Below are positions 20,764 through 24,052 of a stretch of DNA of 24,052 nt, in pieces. A program made the translations under genes and the position numbers. The number at the start of each line of letters is the position of its first letter. Position 1 is the first letter of the stretch. Source of the stretch: Priapulus caudatus (Eukaryota); assembly GCF_000485595.1 (NCBI RefSeq), contig NW_014577088.1:489249-513300 (forward strand), given 5' to 3'. The notes beneath the pieces are model-generated. The model did not search any database and was not told the DNA's origin. It saw nothing but the letters and a program-made list of their open reading frames with translations.

Positions 20764-22666
20764 AGTCAGACATCACACGCGATTGGTGGGTTGGAAGATA
20801 AATAATATATATTCGTTATTTATTATTTCAATAATACATAAACAATATCTAGAATTGATCGCAATCTTGTCTTTTTTTACTTGTCAGTAAAGACAACGAC
20901 AATAAATTATAAATTTTCTATGAGTTTCCACAGAAGCCCACGAATATCGCTAGCGTTACATTGCAACGATAAATTCAGTTGTATTATAATTGTTCACAAA
21001 TAAAAGGTTTTGGTGCTGAACTAGGTCGCCTGACGGTAGCAATATGTCTGTTGTATTTAATTAAAATGTTTATTTTATTTAAAATTAGAAGAGCGGTAAG
21101 TCGAGGGCCTGTACTCCGGGCATGATTAGAAGCAAAGGTAAACCCCGGTGTTCCTGATAAGCATGCAATGCGTCAGGTAGACTAAAGCATAGAGAGTAGA
21201 CAGCATAGAGGTGCATGTGCACTAAAGTCACATAAAGTCAGGGTATGTCATGTGGCGAGACCACAATGATCGCGCTTATGTGGGCAGGTAGCACTCACCA
21301 TGTCATGTTATTTATCAATATATGCCCGTGCTTTATAATTAACCCTCAGGAACGACTGGAAACCATACTTCCCACCCCTTGTTTATTGATTATAGAGTGA
21401 CGCCAACGATTTGCCAACTAGTTGTGCAGGGAGTGAGCGGTCGTGATTGTGCGCGAGTCTAGATATTGATCAGTCTGCTTGTGATTTGGGCTGACCTGGA
21501 TTGTGTTCAATAGCAGTAGGCGCACACTCTGACTCCTGGCGGACGCTGCGGAGCTCCTGTGGGAAGATGCTCACGAAATCGCTCACTGAAACCAGATCAC
21601 CAATGACGAAGGTGAGTACGATTTCCACGTAGTCTTAATCGCGCCACGGCTAAATGTTGTGATCACCGAGCGCGCCATCTTGCATTTCGTCTCCAGGCCA
21701 AAAGCAACCGAGACTCGGCAACAGCCTGTGATCGTCACGCCGACAAACCGTCGCCTTTCAGGAAGAAAAATGAGTGTTTGAGCAATAAGCGATGAGGCAC
21801 GGTTGGCTGGATTTATAATGCTTTTCGTGCATACATGCATGAGGGCGCGTGTCAGTAGGTGATGCTGGTGTAACCATGCTGGTGTATTGGGGAAATGATA
21901 ATAGCGGATATCATTACAAACCGACAGCCGGGCAGGTACACACTGGGTTGTGAATTTGCCGTAACGTGTAGCAGCAGATGGCGGAGAAGTCTAGTCACAT
22001 TTCGATCGAAGGTAAGCCTATAGTTCGCAAACTCATGCACTACAATTAAATCAGTCGGGTCTCCTCATGGCGGCTATACGAGTTTCTCAGCGGTCTACCT
22101 TGTGATCTAGATTTCTCACGGTGGATAAAGATGGACCTCGCGCCTTAAACTCACTGTGTCAATGCCGCAGCTGTTGTACAGCGTGGATGCCGTTTAGTAG
22201 AAGTTTATTTTAAAACAAAGCTTGTAATATTATTCTTCGTCAATCAAGATGATGCGATAGAACAATGAGTAAAAACCACGGCAGTTGGTCGGCAAGTAAA
22301 AACGCGTGAATAATGAAATGACGTGCGTGCACAGCACGTCGATGTCAACGTTCTTTTTTCTCAATGTATACCAGTGTTCTAACACAGATTCTGTGGGCAG
22401 TGGAGGTTCCGACTTCAAATCTCCATACCGCAGGGTCTTACTGGCTCGAGTATGTTCAATAGTGAAGCGTTAGTTTCTCTACGCAGGCGATGCCTACACG
22501 GTATTACTACACAACCCCTTAGCGTATCTGTTCTAGGGAATCATACTGGGATCATCTTACTGGCGCAGATGGGGTCGTTGTCGTATCCGGTACTACAGAT
22601 ATGTACCCGAGGTAGTTTTAGGTTGTTTAGTATTATGTTTATATTTTTATATGAGGTGAGGTATGT

Positions 22667-22711
22667 TTAGGGTTAGGGTTAGGGTTAGAGTTAGGGTTAG
22701 GGTTAGGGTTA
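22667..22711. repeat. Interstitial (TTAGGG)7 with one TTAGAG variant
   Basis: Seven hexamers joined directly to a CA-rich microsatellite. Confidence 0.95.
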
Positions 22712-22936
22712 CGCACGCACGCACACACATTACGCACCACACACACACACACACACACACACACCACACATGCACAGACAGACAGACACACACACACACA
22801 CACACGCACGCACGCACGCACGCGACGCGCGCGCATCCCCCTCCCCCCACACACACACAAACACACACACACACACACACACACAGCACAAACACACACA
22901 CACAACCACACACACACACACAGCACACACACACAC
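22711..22936. repeat. Compound CA-rich microsatellite
   Basis: Imperfect (CA)n/(CACG)n/(GACA)n blocks. Confidence 0.95.
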
Positions 22937-22995
22937 TTATTGGATAGAAATTACGCGCCCAATAATAAGCAACCGATGTACTCTTCTCAGCATTC

Positions 22996-23290
22996 AGAGA
23001 GAGAGAAGATAGGGAAGAGAGGGAGAGAAAGTAGGGAAGGGCAGAGAGGGCGGGAAAGAAAGGAGGGCGAGAGTGCAGCGGAGAAAGGGAGAGAGATAAA
23101 GCGGGAGGAGAGAGAGGAGAAGAGGGAGAGAGAGGCAATGGAGAGGGTGAGATGTGGGCAGATAGAACAAGAAAGCAGAGCCATGCAAGTTGAGGTTGGA
23201 GCAGGAGAGGAAGAGAGAGAGAGAGCGAGAGAGGCGAAAGATAGAGACGAGAGAGAGGAGAGAGGGGAGGGATGGGGGGAGGCGAAGGAG
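22996..23290. repeat. GA-rich low-complexity tract
   Basis: Degenerate (GA)n purine tract. Confidence 0.9.
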
Positions 23291-23505
23291 ATTGTACCCT
23301 AAATAAATAACCCAATGTCAAGGTTCAGCAGGAGTTCTATGTGGAAAGGCAAGCAGAGAGAAAGGAATACTTGAAGGACGCCCTGAGCAGAGAGTTGTGT
23401 TGTTTTGTAGGCGTGAACTGTGGACAAGATAAAGAATACGGTGTGAAATGAAGGGTTAAAGCGCGAGGCGCGAGCGTCATGCCAAGATCATCGCGAACGT
23501 CGCAA

Positions 23506-24052
23506 GAGAAGGAGAGAGAGCCAGGTTGCGAACTGGCAAGAGCCCTTAGAGAGAGAGGGAGGACTGGAAGAGCTTAGAGAGAGAGAGAGCACGAGAGAGA
23601 AGTCCACAGACGAAGAGAGAGAGAGAGGAGCGGCGAGGCGATAGCAGGAGGAGAGAGCGGTGAAAAAAGAGAGAGAGAGATTGAAAGAAGCGAGCGAAGC
23701 AGGACAGATAGACAAAAACAGGCAGAGCTGGATACAGCAGCGAAGGAGAGAGGGAGAGAAAGAGAGGAAAAGCAGAGCGCGCCCCGACAGAGAGAGAAGG
23801 AGAGAGATGAGAGAGCAGAGAGGGAGAGAGAGAGAGAGCGAGAGAGAGATCGAAGAGAGGGAGAAGAGAGAGAGAGAGAGAAGGGAGATACGAAGACAAA
23901 TGACAGGAGAGGAGGAGGAGAGCAGAGGAGAGATGAAGAGAGAGGAAGAGGAGAGGCAGAGGAAGGAAAGAGGGCAGTAAGAGGAAAGAACGAAAATGAG
24001 AAAGAGAGACAGAGAGAGAGAGAGAGAGAGACGAGCAGAGAAAGAGACGAAA
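23506..24052. repeat. GA-rich low-complexity tract running to the window end
   Basis: Degenerate (GA)n purine tract. Confidence 0.9.

Noticed and set aside
22667..22711. True chromosome end
   Set aside because: Only seven units, with ordinary genomic sequence continuing on both sides.
20410..24052. Numerous CV/HT/ER/LS-rich ORFs
   Set aside because: Low-complexity CA and GA tract artefacts.

Overview
Eukaryotic (animal, probably invertebrate with TTAGGG-type telomere repeats) intronic or intergenic DNA, about 24 kb. I cannot support any intact host protein-coding gene; most long ORFs in the supplied track are microsatellite artefacts. Repeats dominate the window. (1) A 5'-truncated RTE-clade LINE at 4478-5270 (-) with a 13-bp TSD. 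(2) A decayed, internally deleted R4/Dong-clade non-LTR element at 17551-19860 (+) sitting in a (TAA)n array, with a base-paired 5' leader. (3) A Helentron/DINE-1-like non-autonomous element with an internal tandem array nested in that same TAA tract. (4) A Tc1/mariner-type MITE (12091-13202) with a second MITE nested inside it. (5) Two, possibly three, unrelated MITEs that each carry (CCCTAA)n about 100 bp inside one end. (6) A small Harbinger-like MITE and many compound microsatellites. The most unusual observation is a set of five ultra-short (40-61 bp) hairpin insertions with 5'-CARRAGY termini and 7-bp target-site duplications of nTnnnAn form; three of them are exactly 40 bp long.
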